From Camelus ferus (taxonomy: Eukaryota): 64,000 nucleotides of DNA. The stretch covers positions 48,858,001 to 48,922,000 of the forward strand of contig NC_045696.1 in the NCBI RefSeq assembly GCF_009834535.1, given 5' to 3'. Under the pieces are notes generated by a model that saw nothing but the letters and a program-made list of their open reading frames with translations, did not search any database and was not told where the DNA came from. Both the position numbers and the translations under genes were made by a program. Shown here one piece after another: positions 25,901 through 38,784 of the stretch. How positions within the stretch are numbered: the first letter of the stretch is position 1; every line of letters starts with the position of its first letter.

Positions 25901-26471
25901 ATTGCATCCATATACACTGAAAATCCCATCAGAAAATATCCGTTTTGCTTTCAAATGCCAAGTATATTTTAAAGAACTCAACGATCTTTCTACTATATTT
26001 ACTAATTTTGTTTCTCCTCCTTTATTCTTGATGTTGTAAGTTTTAACTAGTTTTTATATTTTTCAGTTCAAAATTTCCATTTCCTTATATTATATATTTC
26101 CTTGTTAACTTACCAATTTTAACTTTTGTTTTAAGAGTGTTTGCAACTATTCTTTAAAAAAAAATGTTATAAAAGCTGCTTTAAAGTCTTTGTCAGGTAA
26201 TTCCTATCTTGCCATTGGCATCTGTTAGTCATCTTTTCCCATGAAAGCTGATATTTTTTATGGTTCTTTGAATGAAGAATAATTTTTATTGAATTCTGGA
26301 TATTTTGAAAATTTCTTTCTGAGAATATAGATCTTGCTCAAACCCTATGGAGAATATTGAAATTTTTGTTTCAGCGGGCACAAGACTTGGTTAGTTTCAT
26401 CCCACAGGTTCCAATCCACCTTCTGCAGCCTGTTCTTTCAAAGTTAGTTCAATTATCAATGCCTTTGCAGT

Positions 26472-26629
26472 TAGGGGCTGCAAATAAATAAAATTCAGGA
26501 CCCCAAATATTGCATAAGATAAACATAGACTAAAACATTTATATTTTTATCTATATTTATTTATAGTTTATCTGAAATTCAAATTCAACTGGCATCCTAT
26601 GTTTTTATTTGCTAAATCTGGCAGTCCTA
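26472..26629. mobile_element. MER53-like hAT MITE with perfect 8-bp TSD
   Basis: tagggg...ccta ends; 'gtttatctgaaattcaaattcaactggcatcct...gctaaatctggcagtccta'; TSD tttgcagt at 26464-26471 and 26630-26637. Confidence 0.85.
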
Positions 26630-26701
26630 TTTGCAGTACTATTGGAATTTGTCCTAGGTGTTAGCTACCCAGTCCTGGTCTATATCTTATTTCTTAAATC
26701 A

Positions 26702-26732
<31 letters not shown>

Positions 26733-26738
26733 CAAAAC
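26702..26738. repeat. (AAAAC)n microsatellite
   Basis: Directly visible. Confidence 0.95.
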
Positions 26739-27145
26739 TATCTATGTGTCTTTACCTTAGTTCCCAAAGCCATTAATGTGCTAATAAGGATCAGACTCTT
26801 GTAAGTGCAAGTCAAGGATGAATCCAGGAGTGTATTTTTTTCATGCATCCCCCTTCCTGATACTTCAGCAGTAGCTTCTGATTCCCTGTGGCTCCTCTTT
26901 TACATCTCCTGGCTAGAAACTGCCCACCCCTATCATTATACTACATCCTGGCCTATGCAGCAAGAGATCAGAGAGACAAGAAAGTGAAAACCGACATGCT
27001 TTGGCCATCCTTCATAGATCCACAGTTCCACTAAATGAATTAAAAGTTGCTCTTCTTGGCATGCCGCTGCTCTAATGCACAAAAGCCTGGTCCTGAGGAT
27101 TTGAGAACAGGGTGAAAGGAGAGGGGAAAAAAAAAAAAAACTAGG

Positions 27146-27300
27146 TGCTATGGCCTAAGTGTTTGGGGTCTCCCAAAATTCACATATTGAAATCTTTACC
27201 TGCAAGGTGACAGTTTTAGGTTACGGGACCCAGGGGAGGTGATTTGGTCATCAGGGCAGAGCCCTCATGAATGTGATTAGTGTCCTTCAAAGAGACCCAC
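27146..27300 (+). mobile_element. MLT1A LTR 5' fragment
   Basis: 'tgctatggcctaagtgtttggggtctcccaaaattcacatattgaaatc...gcagagccctcatgaatgtgattagtgtcctt'. Confidence 0.85.
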
Positions 27301-27570
27301 TTGACCTGAGTCAAGTGCTTACACATTGTCAGGTGCCACACTTCAAGAGATGATAGGTAGGTAGGTAGGTAGGTAGGTAGATCGATCGATCGATATTCTT
27401 TTCATACTCATCAATCTGTACATATTATAGTCCATTTTATAGTTGAGGAAGCACATGGTTTAAGGGGGTCAATAATTTGCCCCAGGTAATACAGCCATGA
27501 AGCAATGGAGCTCAAATTCTGAATCCAGGATTGCCTTTAAATGAAATCCATGTTGTTTCCTTATACAATG
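27300..27570 (-). mobile_element. MIR interrupted by (TAGG)n(GATC)n
   Basis: 'tccattttatagttgaggaagc...aataatttgccccaggtaatacagc'. Confidence 0.7.
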
Positions 27571-28965
27571 CTTTCTCTTTGTCAACAGACCTTAGCATCT
27601 ACAACAGATAAAGTGAAGGCGGTTTATAGTGATCATTACTGGGAGCCTTGTGTAGAACTGAAGGAAGAAAAATTTAGACTGTAACAACCCAAAGATGGAT
27701 GAAAAAAGCATGTAAGAGACTGAAAACTCTTGTTGACTTACTACTCAATGTCCATATCATATTGCCAGCTCCCCAAAGAAAGGAGAAAATGCTTGATTGA
27801 TGATTGAAGAGACAAACAAGTGAAGCAAAAATCAACATTTCATGAACAACCAATAACTTAGTACCTGTCAACAAGCACAAGGCCATTTATTTTGCAATTA
27901 TACAATTGAAAGGAATCATTTTTTTAAAGACATTATTACTGCTATAAGCATAATATTTGACATTTCTAACAAGTGTTAAAAGGCAAGGACCAATTTAAAT
28001 AAAACTGTATTCAAATCAAAATCAAAATTAAAATTAAAATTCTAAAGATGCAGAGCATCTGGAAATTAGCTTTTTCCAGGACTTTAAGTTAACAAATAGA
28101 ATTTTGAATATACTCAAATGCTTTTTACTCTTTTAACAAGAATTCTGCATTCCACTTTTTTAAGGTATAACCAATTACTTTTAATTCAATCAAATTGAGA
28201 GTGATTTTCTACATGTGCTGAACACGTAATAAAGACATTCTCTATTCAAATTATTTGGGGTGAAGAGAGCCTGAAAACACATATGCATTTAAATAGAGAA
28301 GCAAGAATGATCTGACCTGTGCTCCTGCATCATACATAAATGCCAGGGGAGTCCACATTTCAGGATTAGCATTAATGCATCTTTGGTTTTCCTGTATCTA
28401 TATGCTGCAGTGATTTAGGTTGGGGTTAAGCCAGATCATATTTACAGCAATAAAGCTCTCTTTTTATTGAAGAGAGTCATCCTTTACTTCTGTAGCAGTT
28501 ATTCAGTACCACCCCACGTGTTTGTGAATGGAATATTGTTAAAAAGTAACTCGGCAACACAGGCAGTGCAAATTCACTCTCAAGAACTGCTGGCACACAA
28601 GTGAACATGGCCTCTAATGAAGGATTCTTGATGCCCAGCTTCTGTGGACATATGAAATAGTCCATCTGCCTGCTTTTTAAGATTCTTAAGAAGGAGGAGA
28701 GAAAAAAAGCACTAGTATTTTACAAAGTACTTACCATGCACGATGGTCCACGAAATGATCTCGTTTAAACCTTACAATTAAACCCTTTTTTTTACAGATG
28801 AGGAAACTGAGATACCAAGCTGCTCAGATAACAGAATTAGAGATTTCCGCCATCTTTTAAAGAAAAGGAAAGCCAAAGAGCCCCGATTGTAGTATACTGT
28901 GCTTCTATCTGCCTGTGAGACTCTTAGCGGCTGCCAGCAAAAGAACATCCACAAGTAAAACACAT

Positions 28966-29441
28966 CGTATTAGGGTTCTGCAGAGGAATAAAATTAATAA
29001 GAGGTATCTAGGTAGAAATGGAGAGAGATTATTATGAACTGGCTCACACAATTATGGAAGCTGACAAGTTCCGAGATCTGCAGACAGCAAGCAGGAGAGC
29101 CAATGGTGTGATTTCAGTCCAAAAGCCAGCAGGCTTAAGCCTCAGAAGGAGACCATTTCAGTTCAAGTTTGAAAGCAGGAAAAAACTGATGTCTCAGCTC
29201 AAAGGTAATTGGATAAGGAGGAGTTCCCTCTTACTCAGCCATTTTTTTTTTAGTTCAGGCCTTCAACTGACTGAATGAGGCCCACCCACTTTAGGGACAG
29301 CTAAGGGCTTTCCTTGGTCTGCTGATTCAAATGTTAATTGCATTTAAAAACACCCTCAGGAACATACCCAGAATAATGTTTGACCAAATATCTGGACACT
29401 CTGTGGCTTAGTCAAGTGGACACATAAAATTAACCATCACA
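28966..29441 (-). mobile_element. MLT2B-like (ERVL) solo LTR with perfect 5-bp TSD
   Basis: 'gtattagggttctgcagagg...gacacataaaattaaccatcaca'; TSD cacat at 28961-28965 and 29442-29446. Confidence 0.92.
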
Positions 29442-30079
29442 CACATGCTATTTATGTGGAATTATTAACATTACACCTATCCTTTAAGCCACTGTCCCAA
29501 ACTGTTGATTTTACTAACAATGTTAACAACTGTATAGAAGTATTAAGGGTTATACTGTAACCTATTTCAACATTAACATAGGGATTGTCTTAAATGTTAC
29601 GGTTACCATAATTTTCAGTGGTGCCTACCAGCTGTGGCAAATCTGGCATTTAAAGACTTTAAAATCTATCCTACAGGAATGCACAAGGCATAGGTACAGT
29701 GTATATGTTGATGCCAGGTTTCTTTGCAATACTGAAAATTTAAAACAAAGTAAATATCTAACAATAATAAAAGAGTTAAATAAATTATAGTGTAGTGATA
29801 TCATGAGATACTGTATAGTCATTAAAAATAATTCAATCTGTTTTATTAGTGTACAAAATGTTTATGATGAATTGTATGATCATACATTTGTAAAGATACA
29901 TACATATATATATATATATATATACATATAAAACAAAAAATACATGTATATACACAGATAAAGATCTGAACTTTACAAATTGCCATGGTTTTTCCTGAGG
30001 AGTACGAGTTTGTGCACTGTCATTGTTATGAGAAGGAAAAATTCCTGTCACATGTTTAGGAATTGAGTATGACATACAA

Positions 30080-30378
30080 GAAATGAGAATGAACTCCTGA
30101 CAGCCAGCAAGAAAGTTGGGACATTGTTCCTACAACCACAAGGAATTGTATGCAGCCAACAACCTAAATGTATTTGAGAGAATGCTCTGAACTCCAGATG
30201 AAAATGTAGTCTGGTTGACATCTTGATTTCTGGTTTGTGTGACTTTGAACAGAGGACCTAGCTGTTCTGTGTCTGGATGTCTAACCTAAAGATCTGTGAA
30301 GTTTTAAGGCAGTAAATGTCTTTTTTTAGTTGTTTAGTTTGTAATAATTTGTTGCACAGTGATAGGAGACTAATATAA
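30080..30378 (+). mobile_element. MLT1E-like LTR 3' part
   Basis: 'gacagccagcaagaaagttggg...cctacaaccacaaggaattg...gtaataatttgttgcacagtgataggagactaata'. Confidence 0.75.
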
Positions 30379-30514
30379 TCATTTAGTGTAATATAGAAAT
30401 GCTGTACACTCTCAATAGAAATAATAACATAATAAACAGAGGGAAAGACTAGATTTTCAAAGTAATTACTGTGTTGAGTAATACTATAATGTTAATAATT
30501 TTTGTAATATGATT

Positions 30515-30610
30515 AGTAGACTTATTTTGTAATGTATACAAACATCAAATCATTATTCTGCATTTGAAACTAAGTGTTGTATGTCAATTATATTTCAGTT
30601 AAAAAAAAAA
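30515..30610 (+). mobile_element. L1M extreme 3' end with poly-A
   Basis: 'tgtatacaaacatcaaatcatta...tgttgtatgtcaattatatttcagtt(A)10'. Confidence 0.7.
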
Positions 30611-30989
30611 GTTCCTGATAAGAGCTTGAATTTAACTATCAAGCAAAAAAGAAAGTTCTCAAAGCTGCATAGGTTTGAATTTACCTGCAATTTCAGTTTT
30701 AAAATATATATGAATATCTTCAATTAAGTGACATGCAAGATCAAATAACACATTTTGATTATGGATTGGTAAATTGTGAAAGAATAAACTAGAAACTTTC
30801 AGTGTTTCAAAACCTTCACTTTTATTTCTAGGCAACTGGAAATCTTCAATAGTATCTCAATATATCAAAATAAATCATAGACTACAGACTGACAATGCTT
30901 TCCACAAATGAGTTCTGGGTGTTTTTCCTAACCTGTGACTTAACCTAGCCTTATTGACTTCATCTTACTATCTACTTACTGTTTTCTTC

Positions 30990-31330
30990 TCTTTTTATGT
31001 GTCTTTGCTCAAGATACTCCCTCAGCCTGCCCCTTAGGTGGAATACCTACCAGCTAAGCAAGACCTAGCTCAGTTCCTCCAAGAAGTCTGCCCTCCTACT
31101 TATTCACAACCAATAGAACCCACCCCCACCCCCACATTTCCAAACAGCTTGTTGCTTTTACTACGACAGAATATACTGTCACTTGTTTTATTTCATATTT
31201 ATATATGTATGTGATGCCACTGTCACTAGACCGTGAGTTCCAAAATGTCAGGGACCGTTCTTTTCCTGATCTGCAGTGCCTGGCAGAGTGCTATACCCTT
31301 AGTTAATGGTCGAGAAAGTGATTACTGAGT
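30990..31330 (+). mobile_element. L2 3' end
   Basis: 'cactagaccgtgagttcc...cagggacc...cagtgcctggcagagtgc'. Confidence 0.65.
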
Positions 31331-32159
31331 TTTTAAAAACTCCCATCTTGCCAATGCACAAGAACAAGACTTGAACACAATGTTCTTAATTTTAAGAAAG
31401 TCTGAGTCCAAACAAAGGTCTAAAGAGAAACAGAGGGAGAAATTCAGGTTTCTAAAAATGAGGAGAATGATTTTGCTCAGAGATTGAACAGATCATCACA
31501 ATTGGCAAATAAAATTGGGAGCACAATAAAAGATTCAGAACAGGAGGAAGGTCACATTTAAGACTGGAAATAAAGCACAATATGTACAATATTCATTACA
31601 CCTCTACAGTTTCTGCTGTAGCATTTTACATTATTCAAATCTTTTTATCACTGCGTATGACAATATTTGCCTCCCTTAACGAATTCATTTTCAGTACAGT
31701 CTGTTCTGTGATTGAATTTGAAAGATATTCTAATTTAAGGCTATCAGAATTGGACAGAGGAGTTTATTGACTGAATAACAGGAAATTTTATGCATATGAA
31801 ATTCAAACTGCCTCAAACATAACAAAAATCACTTCGAGCCCAAGGGAAATATAAAATACTATGTACTGGTAACAGTTTACTATCTCTAGTTCACATGCAA
31901 TTATTTTACACTTTCTGAAAATAATATTGATGTGCTTGTATAAAATACAAATAATATAAAAAGCTGGTTGAGAGACTCCATTTAGTCAGTGGAATATTTA
32001 TTGAGTACATAATATATGCAAAATTTATTATCATATTCTATAAAGGAAACAGATATAAGGACGTAACTAGAAGAAGGAAGGAAAGGTGGAAGCAAACAGA
32101 AAATTAACTAAACAGACTGAGTACTCTATCTCTGCCAGGACCAGCCTTGGAATAATTAT

Positions 32160-33100
32160 AATCACAGCTGATACTTACTGAGTGTTTACTATCTCTAGTT
32201 ATAAATCTGCGTGACTATGTGGGTTACATTATTTAATATTTAGGACAAATCTATGAGCTTAATATTATTAATTTGCCCATTTTTAGGTGAGGAAATCACA
32301 GCACAGGGATTAAGTAACTTGCTAAATGTTGCAAAACTAGGAGTTTCAAAGGTGAAGCTTGAATTTAATAGCCAGATATTTTGAACCTAACTTCTACATT
32401 ATATACTCCCTGTTAGGTTTTATTACCTCCACTTTACAGAGCAAGAACTCAAGGTTTAGGGTGATTAAGTGAGTTTCCCAAGATTATATCCCGGGTCAGT
32501 GACAGAGTTAGCATGCCAAACCAAATCCATCTGATTCCAAATGCTTAGCCAACTGCTCTACATCACCTCCAAACTACAGGAGAGAAAATACAAAAACAAT
32601 GTAGTCAAACTCTATTTCATTCCTTCTATTATTTAAAACCAACTTCATCTCTTCCTGGTTGTGTGACAGTAGGCAAGTTACTGAATCCCTGTCTGCTTTA
32701 GTTTCTTCATTTGTAAAATGAGGATAACACTTCCTATCTCACAATTGTTTGGAGGCTTAAACAGGATAAGGTCACAATAGGTCCTAGCACAAACTTACTA
32801 GCATTGTTATTCTTATCATTATTACTATTACTATTATTGTTTGTAAATCATTATAGTTAGATGAGGAACATATATATGAATACTACTGCTACTGCTAATA
32901 GATTGAGTGCTGAGCTAAGCACTTTTTCAGCATTATCTCACCCCAGCAATCCCATTAGGTATATACTGTTGTCATCATTTTATAGATAATGAAATAGAGG
33001 CTTTGAAAAGTGAAGGAAGTGACCGGGGATCATACAGCCAGTGAGTGGAAGGACCAGATATCGAACCTGGGTTTACTGACCCCAAAGACCACAGGGTAGT
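32160..33100. mobile_element. Dense cluster of about four MIRs, both orientations
   Basis: Multiple MIR cores, e.g. 'cccattttttaggtgaggaaatc', 'ggcaagttactgaatccctgtctgctttagtttcttcatttgtaaaatgagg', 'cattttatagataatgaaatagagg'. Confidence 0.8.
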
Positions 33101-33633
33101 ATATCAGTGTCAGAAGAAAGGTGCAGTCCAAATTCTGAATAACTTTAGAAAATACAGAACACTCTTGCCTAGATGATTGAGAAGAGTTTGCCTAAGGTGG
33201 GTTAACATTTGATTAATCATGGAAGGTAAGTAGAACTTCAATAGGTTAGAAGTACATCTTTTGAAGGACAAAATAAGCTTACCTAGAACGGCATGAACAA
33301 AGGCCTAGAGACAGGTTTAATCCATCAGACACTGTAGGGAAGCAGTAGAAAATAGATCTGGAAAAGGTGCGTTAATGTAAGCTTCATGAGTGCGGGGCCT
33401 GTGCTTCTAGAATTGTCTTATTTAAAATAGCAGCCATGAGTCACATGTGGCTCCTGAAATACGGCTAGAGAGACCAAGGAACTGAATTTTAAATTGTATT
33501 TAATTTCAATTAATTAAAATTGAAATCTAAAAACTCAATTCACTTCCTGAAAAATTTTAAGTGTGCTTGGAACAACTTAGATATGTGGGTCTACTTTTTC
33601 AAGTACATCTTATGAAATCTAAATACCAGTTCA

Positions 33634-35678
33634 TTTTAACAATATCAATTCTTCCAATCCAGGAGCATGGGATATCTTTCCATTTTTTTAAGTTTTCTTT
33701 AATTTCCTTCATCAACGGTTTATAGTTTTCCATGTGAAAGCCTTTCACCTCCTTTGTTAGATTTATTCCTAGGTATTTTATTACTTTGGGTGCTATTTTA
33801 AAGGGGATTGTTTCTTTACATTCTTTTTCTGTTGATTCATCATTAGTGTAAAGAAATGCAACTGATTTTTGAACATTAACTTTGTAACCTGCTACCTTGC
33901 TGAATTCTTCAATTAGTTCTAGTAGTTTTTGTGTGGACCTTTTAAGGTTTTCTACAGATTTAGTGCAATGCCTATCAAATTACCCAGGACATATTTCACA
34001 GAACTAGAACAAATCATAATAAAATTTATATGGAACCACCAAAGACCTAGAATTGCCAAAGCATTATGGAAGAAAAAGAATGAGCCTGGAGGAATAACTC
34101 TCCCAGACTTCAGACAATACTTAGAGCTACAGTCATCAAGACAGCATGGTATTGGTACCAAAACAGACATATAGACCAATGGAACAGAATAGAGAGCCCA
34201 GAAATGAACCCACAAACTTTTGGTCAACTAATCTTCAACAAAGGAGACAAGAATATACAATGGAATAAAGACAGTCTCTTCAGCAAATGGTGTTGGGAAA
34301 ACTGGACAGCAGTACGTAAATCAGTGAAGCTAGAACACTCCCTTACACCATATACAAAAATCAACTCAAAATGGATCAAAGACTTAAACATAAAACAAGA
34401 TACAATAAACCTCCTAGAAGAAAATATAGGCAAAACATTACCTGACATACATCTCAAAAATGTTCTCCTAGGGCACTCTACCCACGCAACAGAAATAAAA
34501 GCAAGAATAAACAAATGGGACCTAATGAAACTTACAAGCTTCTGCACAGCAAAGGAAACCATAAGCAAAACAAAATGACAACCTATGGAATGGGAAAAAA
34601 TTTTTGCAAACTATGAAACTGACAAAGGCTTGATCTCCAGAATATATAAGCAGCTCATACAACTCACTAAGAAAAAAACAAACAACCCAATCCAAAAATG
34701 GGCAGAAGGCCTAAACAAGCAATTCTCCAAGGAAGACATACAAATGATCAATAGGCACATGAAAAAATGCTCAATATCACTAATTATCAGAGAAATGCAA
34801 ATCAAAACTACAATGAGGTATCACCTCACACCAGTCAGAATGGCCATCATTCAAAAGTCCACAAATGACAAATGCTGGAGAGGCTGTGGAGAAAAGGGAA
34901 CCCTCCTACACTGCTGGTGGGAATGCAGTTTGGTGCAGCCACTGTGGAAAACAGTATGGAGATTCCTCAAAATACTGGGAATAGACTTACCATATGACCC
35001 AGGAATCCCACTCCTGTGCATAAATCCAGAAGGAACCCTATTTCAAAATGACACCTGGTCCCCAATGTTCATAGCAGCACTATTTACAATAGCCAAGACA
35101 TGGAAACAGCCTAAATGTCCATCAACAGATGACTGGATGAAGAAGAAATGGTATATTTATACGATGGAATACTATTCGGCCATAAAAACTGCCAACATAA
35201 TGCCATTTGCAGTAACATGGATGTTCCTGGAGAATGTCATTCTAAGTGAAGTAAGCCAGAAGAGAAAGAAAAATACCATATGAGATCACTCATATGCGGA
35301 ATCTGAAAAAAAAAAAAAAAAGAACATAAGTACAAAACAGAAACAGACTCATAGACATAGAATACAAACTTGTGGTTACCAAGGGGACAGGGGGTGGGAA
35401 GGGACAGAATGGGATTTCAAAATTTGTAGATACTGACAGGCATCTGTAGAATAGGTAAACAAGATAGACTGGGATTTCAAAATTGTAGAATAGATAAACA
35501 ATATACTGTATAGCAAGGGAAATATATGCAAGATCTTGTGGTAGCTCACAGCAAAAAAAAAAATGTGACAATGAATATATGTATGTTCATGTATAACTGA
35601 AAAATTGTACTCTACACTGGAATTTGACACAACACTATGACTATAACTCAATAAAAAAATGTTAATAAATAAATAAAT
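33634..35678 (+). mobile_element. Lineage-specific L1, 5'-truncated with 5' inversion, about 2.05 kb
   Basis: 33634-33954 antisense ORF2; from 33951 sense ORF2 C-terminus, then 3'UTR and (AATA)n tail. TSD aaataccagttca (33621-33633) / aaatactagttca (35679-35691). Confidence 0.95.
33951..35305 (+). pseudogene. Disrupted L1 ORF2 C-terminal region including the cysteine-rich CCHC domain
   Basis: ORF track gives '[22 protein letters not shown]', 'SLFSKWCWENW', '[26 protein letters not shown]'. Frameshift near 34121, TGA at 34576-34578, frameshift near 35262. Confidence 0.95.
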
Positions 35679-36719
35679 AAATACTAGTTCAGCATTTTCA
35701 GTGAAAATTTGCCATGTGAATTGAGATGTGATGTAAGTATAAAATGTATATTGGATTCTTGATATTTATTAAAAATGAATGTAAAATACCTCATTAATAA
35801 TCTTTAATATTCATTATATTTTATATATTCTGTATATATTGGATTAAAATATATTATTTAAATCGTTTACCTGATTTTTACTTTTTTAATACGGCTACCA
35901 AAGAATTTAAAATTATATATGTGACTCAAATTATATTTCTATTAGAGATGCTCTGGTTTATTCCTGGCACACAGTAGGCACTCAGTAAAATACTTGCTAA
36001 CCAACTGCAGTAAGAACCAGATTGTAACCTTAAAGTCAGGCTGAGGATTTTGTATTTTATTCAATAGACAAGAGAGTCACTGAAACTTCCCCATGGGGGA
36101 GGTGATATGCTTTCTCAGAGTATTATTTTAGGAGGCTCCATCTGGACGAGTAACTAAAGCAGAGGAGGAACTGAAGTTAGGCTAGACATATATTGAAACA
36201 TTAAAGTAGGACTTAAAACTCCCCAAATTCTTCCACAGCAGCTCAACTGAGTAGCAAAATATTGTGTAAAATATTTGATTTCTCTCATGAGAATGTAAAC
36301 CCTCTTGCAAGTAAAAGACAATTCCTCCTTGAGTCAAGCCTTACCCCTCTGTGCTCCTAATTTCATCATCGTTACTTTTAAAGAGCATCAAACTCAGAAT
36401 CATTGTGGTTATCTCTGAAATAAAGTCATGTTGGCTATAACTCCCTTCATTATAGTAATCATCTGCCAAATACAGCTTCATAGCATAATTTTGAAATATG
36501 CACAGGTGCAACTACACGTATGAAAAAACCTGAATATCACTCTATTCTCCTTCTGGTAACAAAAGGTTTTTTTTGTTTTAAAAAAAAAAAACACATCTCT
36601 GTGTTGTTGCATGTTGAAAAACTAACGTTATATGGTAGCTTAAACCATGAAGTCCAAACTCAATTCCCCAACTAATCCTATTCAGCCTCAACTATCTCCA
36701 GAGCCTTCCTATAAACACA

Positions 36720-37410
36720 CAGAGGTCTTTTTAAGTAGCAAGTGACAGGAATCCAACCCAAACTAGTTAAGGAATTTGTTGGTCCCAGAATAGGTAATTG
36801 TTAATACGAAGACAGACACATAAACAGATGGATGAATGGCATCTTGATTCTGTTGCTCCCCAGGTGCTGGCCACATTCACCTCCGCTGTAGACAGACTTG
36901 CTCCATGTGGCAGTATAAATGTCTACCATCAGCCCCCACTGCACTTTCTTATAATCCTTTGACCAAAAATGCAAAGCACATTTCCCTCCATTCTAAATAA
37001 ATAAATGATACCATGGAAAGCGTGTACCATGTTCCAGGCACAGTTCTCCTGTTCTCCATGCTTTATATACATATATGTGTGTGTGTGTGTGTGATTTTGT
37101 CCTCACAAAAACCCTATCATCAACTGCATTTTGGAGATAGGGAAACTGAAGTATAGAGAGAGAGAGTAACTTGCCCAAGATCACTGAGTTGAGAAGTGGC
37201 AGGGCTAGAATCTGAAGCCAAACAGGCAGACTCTGGTATCCAAGCATCTCTATAGGAATCACTGTAACCAGAGGAAAGGGAATTTTGATTGGCTATACCT
37301 GAGTCACTGATGTGCCTCCATGGGGGAGAAGAGTAATACTGGGATTGACAGCCCCAACCAGAAACATAGGACACTATGGAGTAGGAGAAAGAGGGAGAGC
37401 TAGGCAGATC
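36720..37410. mobile_element. MLT1J/K-like LTR interrupted by a MIR (~37090-37250)
   Basis: 'gcaagtgacaggaatccaacccaaactagtt' MLT1 end; MIR 'gagtaacttgcccaagatcactgagttgagaagtggcagggctagaatctgaagcc'. Confidence 0.6.
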
Positions 37411-38784
37411 AAAGCAACAGAGTTGGAATAGGTTCTATATTCCAACCACAGTGAGTGAGACAGAACAGCCTTTTTCAAATTTTCCATGCACTCTCTTGCC
37501 TCTATAATTTGCCCCTCTTTCTACCTACACTTCCCAACCCTCTTCCAGGAGAACTTCACTATCTCTTCCATGTTCCTCTGGTATTACATGCAACCCTGCA
37601 TCCATAGGGTAAACAGAAGTTCTGTCTGGAAGCCTTTCCACTCCTGTTCCTTTAAAAGGAGTCTGTGGTAGCAAGACCCAGTCTAGTAGGATTAAAATAG
37701 ACCTCCTGCACATTTTCCCTCCACTTATTCATAATTGTTTCTTTCTCTGGATTACCTAAGGATCTTGAGAGTAATAGTGTTTTCTCTGATACCAGGCATT
37801 GGTGATGGCTTCTCTCTCTGCTCTGCTCTTGACTCCCAATGGTTTCTACGTTTGACTGTTATTTCTTTAGTATGGATTTCTGGCATGGTTTTAAGGGGCT
37901 TCTGTCTAACATATACTCTAGGCATATCCCCATTATGGTGCTCATTGCATTGACTTACAGTTTTTTGTTTTGATGTCTGTCTCTCTTCTGAAACTCTGAG
38001 CTCCTTAGGGGAGGGATTAAGACCTAAATCACCTTGTTATTTCTAATGTTGGAAGAAGTTCAACATAAAGGGAAGGAAGGAGGAAAGAAGGAGGAAGATG
38101 AAAAGAGAAAGAGAGAACAAAATGTGAAATTGTTTCAGTATCTACATTTTTTTTCTTGGGAAAAGGCAAATACAAAATAGCACACTCAATTCAAACTTAA
38201 GTCAAATAATCTTCTTTTAAATTTATAATGGTTAAAAAATTAAATTAATGAAACAACAAAGCAATTTCTGCTATTGGCCAAGAAAGAAGATGCTCAGAAA
38301 CAAACTTGTTCCTTAAGAGCTTGGGTACATTTGCCTTTAACTCATATGACAACTTGAAGCTATTGTGATAATGCAAGAAAATTGGGTTGATTGAAGTAAA
38401 TCTACCTCTTCTCAGGCCCAGAGAAGTAGTTTAGAATAGAGGATTGTTCATCTGATCATTTTGTCCTAACCTCAATCTAGCCTTCAAACAGAAGAGGGTT
38501 GGCACTGCCCTGTGTTTGGAATTGACACTGACCTTGGCAAGTTACTGATTTCGCCACACAGTTTCTACTTTTGCTGTGCCCTGGATAGAGTGGTGTGGTT
38601 AGAAATGTTTGAGGGCTGAATCTCTGAGCAAGAATTCTCGCTGAGTCACAAGTATATTTTTTGACATGTTTCAAGAGATCCTGTGTCTGACTCTACAGAA
38701 TAAGTACTGTGGGTGGTAATTTTCTGAGGAGCAAAATCTGTATCCCTCTCCAAAATGAAGGGAATGCAACCATTTAATACACAA

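Larger units (their letters stand above)
25500..27120 (-). mobile_element. Old L1M ORF1/5' region (antisense), interrupted by MER53
   Basis: T-rich; 'aagctgctttaaagtctttgtcaggtaattcc' typical of antisense L1M ORF1. Confidence 0.7.
33408..35956. mobile_element. Charlie1b-like hAT DNA transposon split by an L1 insertion (parts ~33408-33633 and 35679-35956)
   Basis: 'aaggaactgaattttaaatt...cttggaacaacttagatatgtgggtctactttttc...tatgaaatctaaatac' resumes after the L1 as 'gaaaatttgccatgtgaattgagatgtg...aattatatttctattagag'. Confidence 0.85.

Noticed and set aside
29018..29278. 86-aa ATG ORF
   Set aside because: Lies entirely within the MLT2 LTR.
33952..34805. Minus-strand ORFs overlapping the L1
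   Set aside because: Antisense shadows of L1 ORF2.
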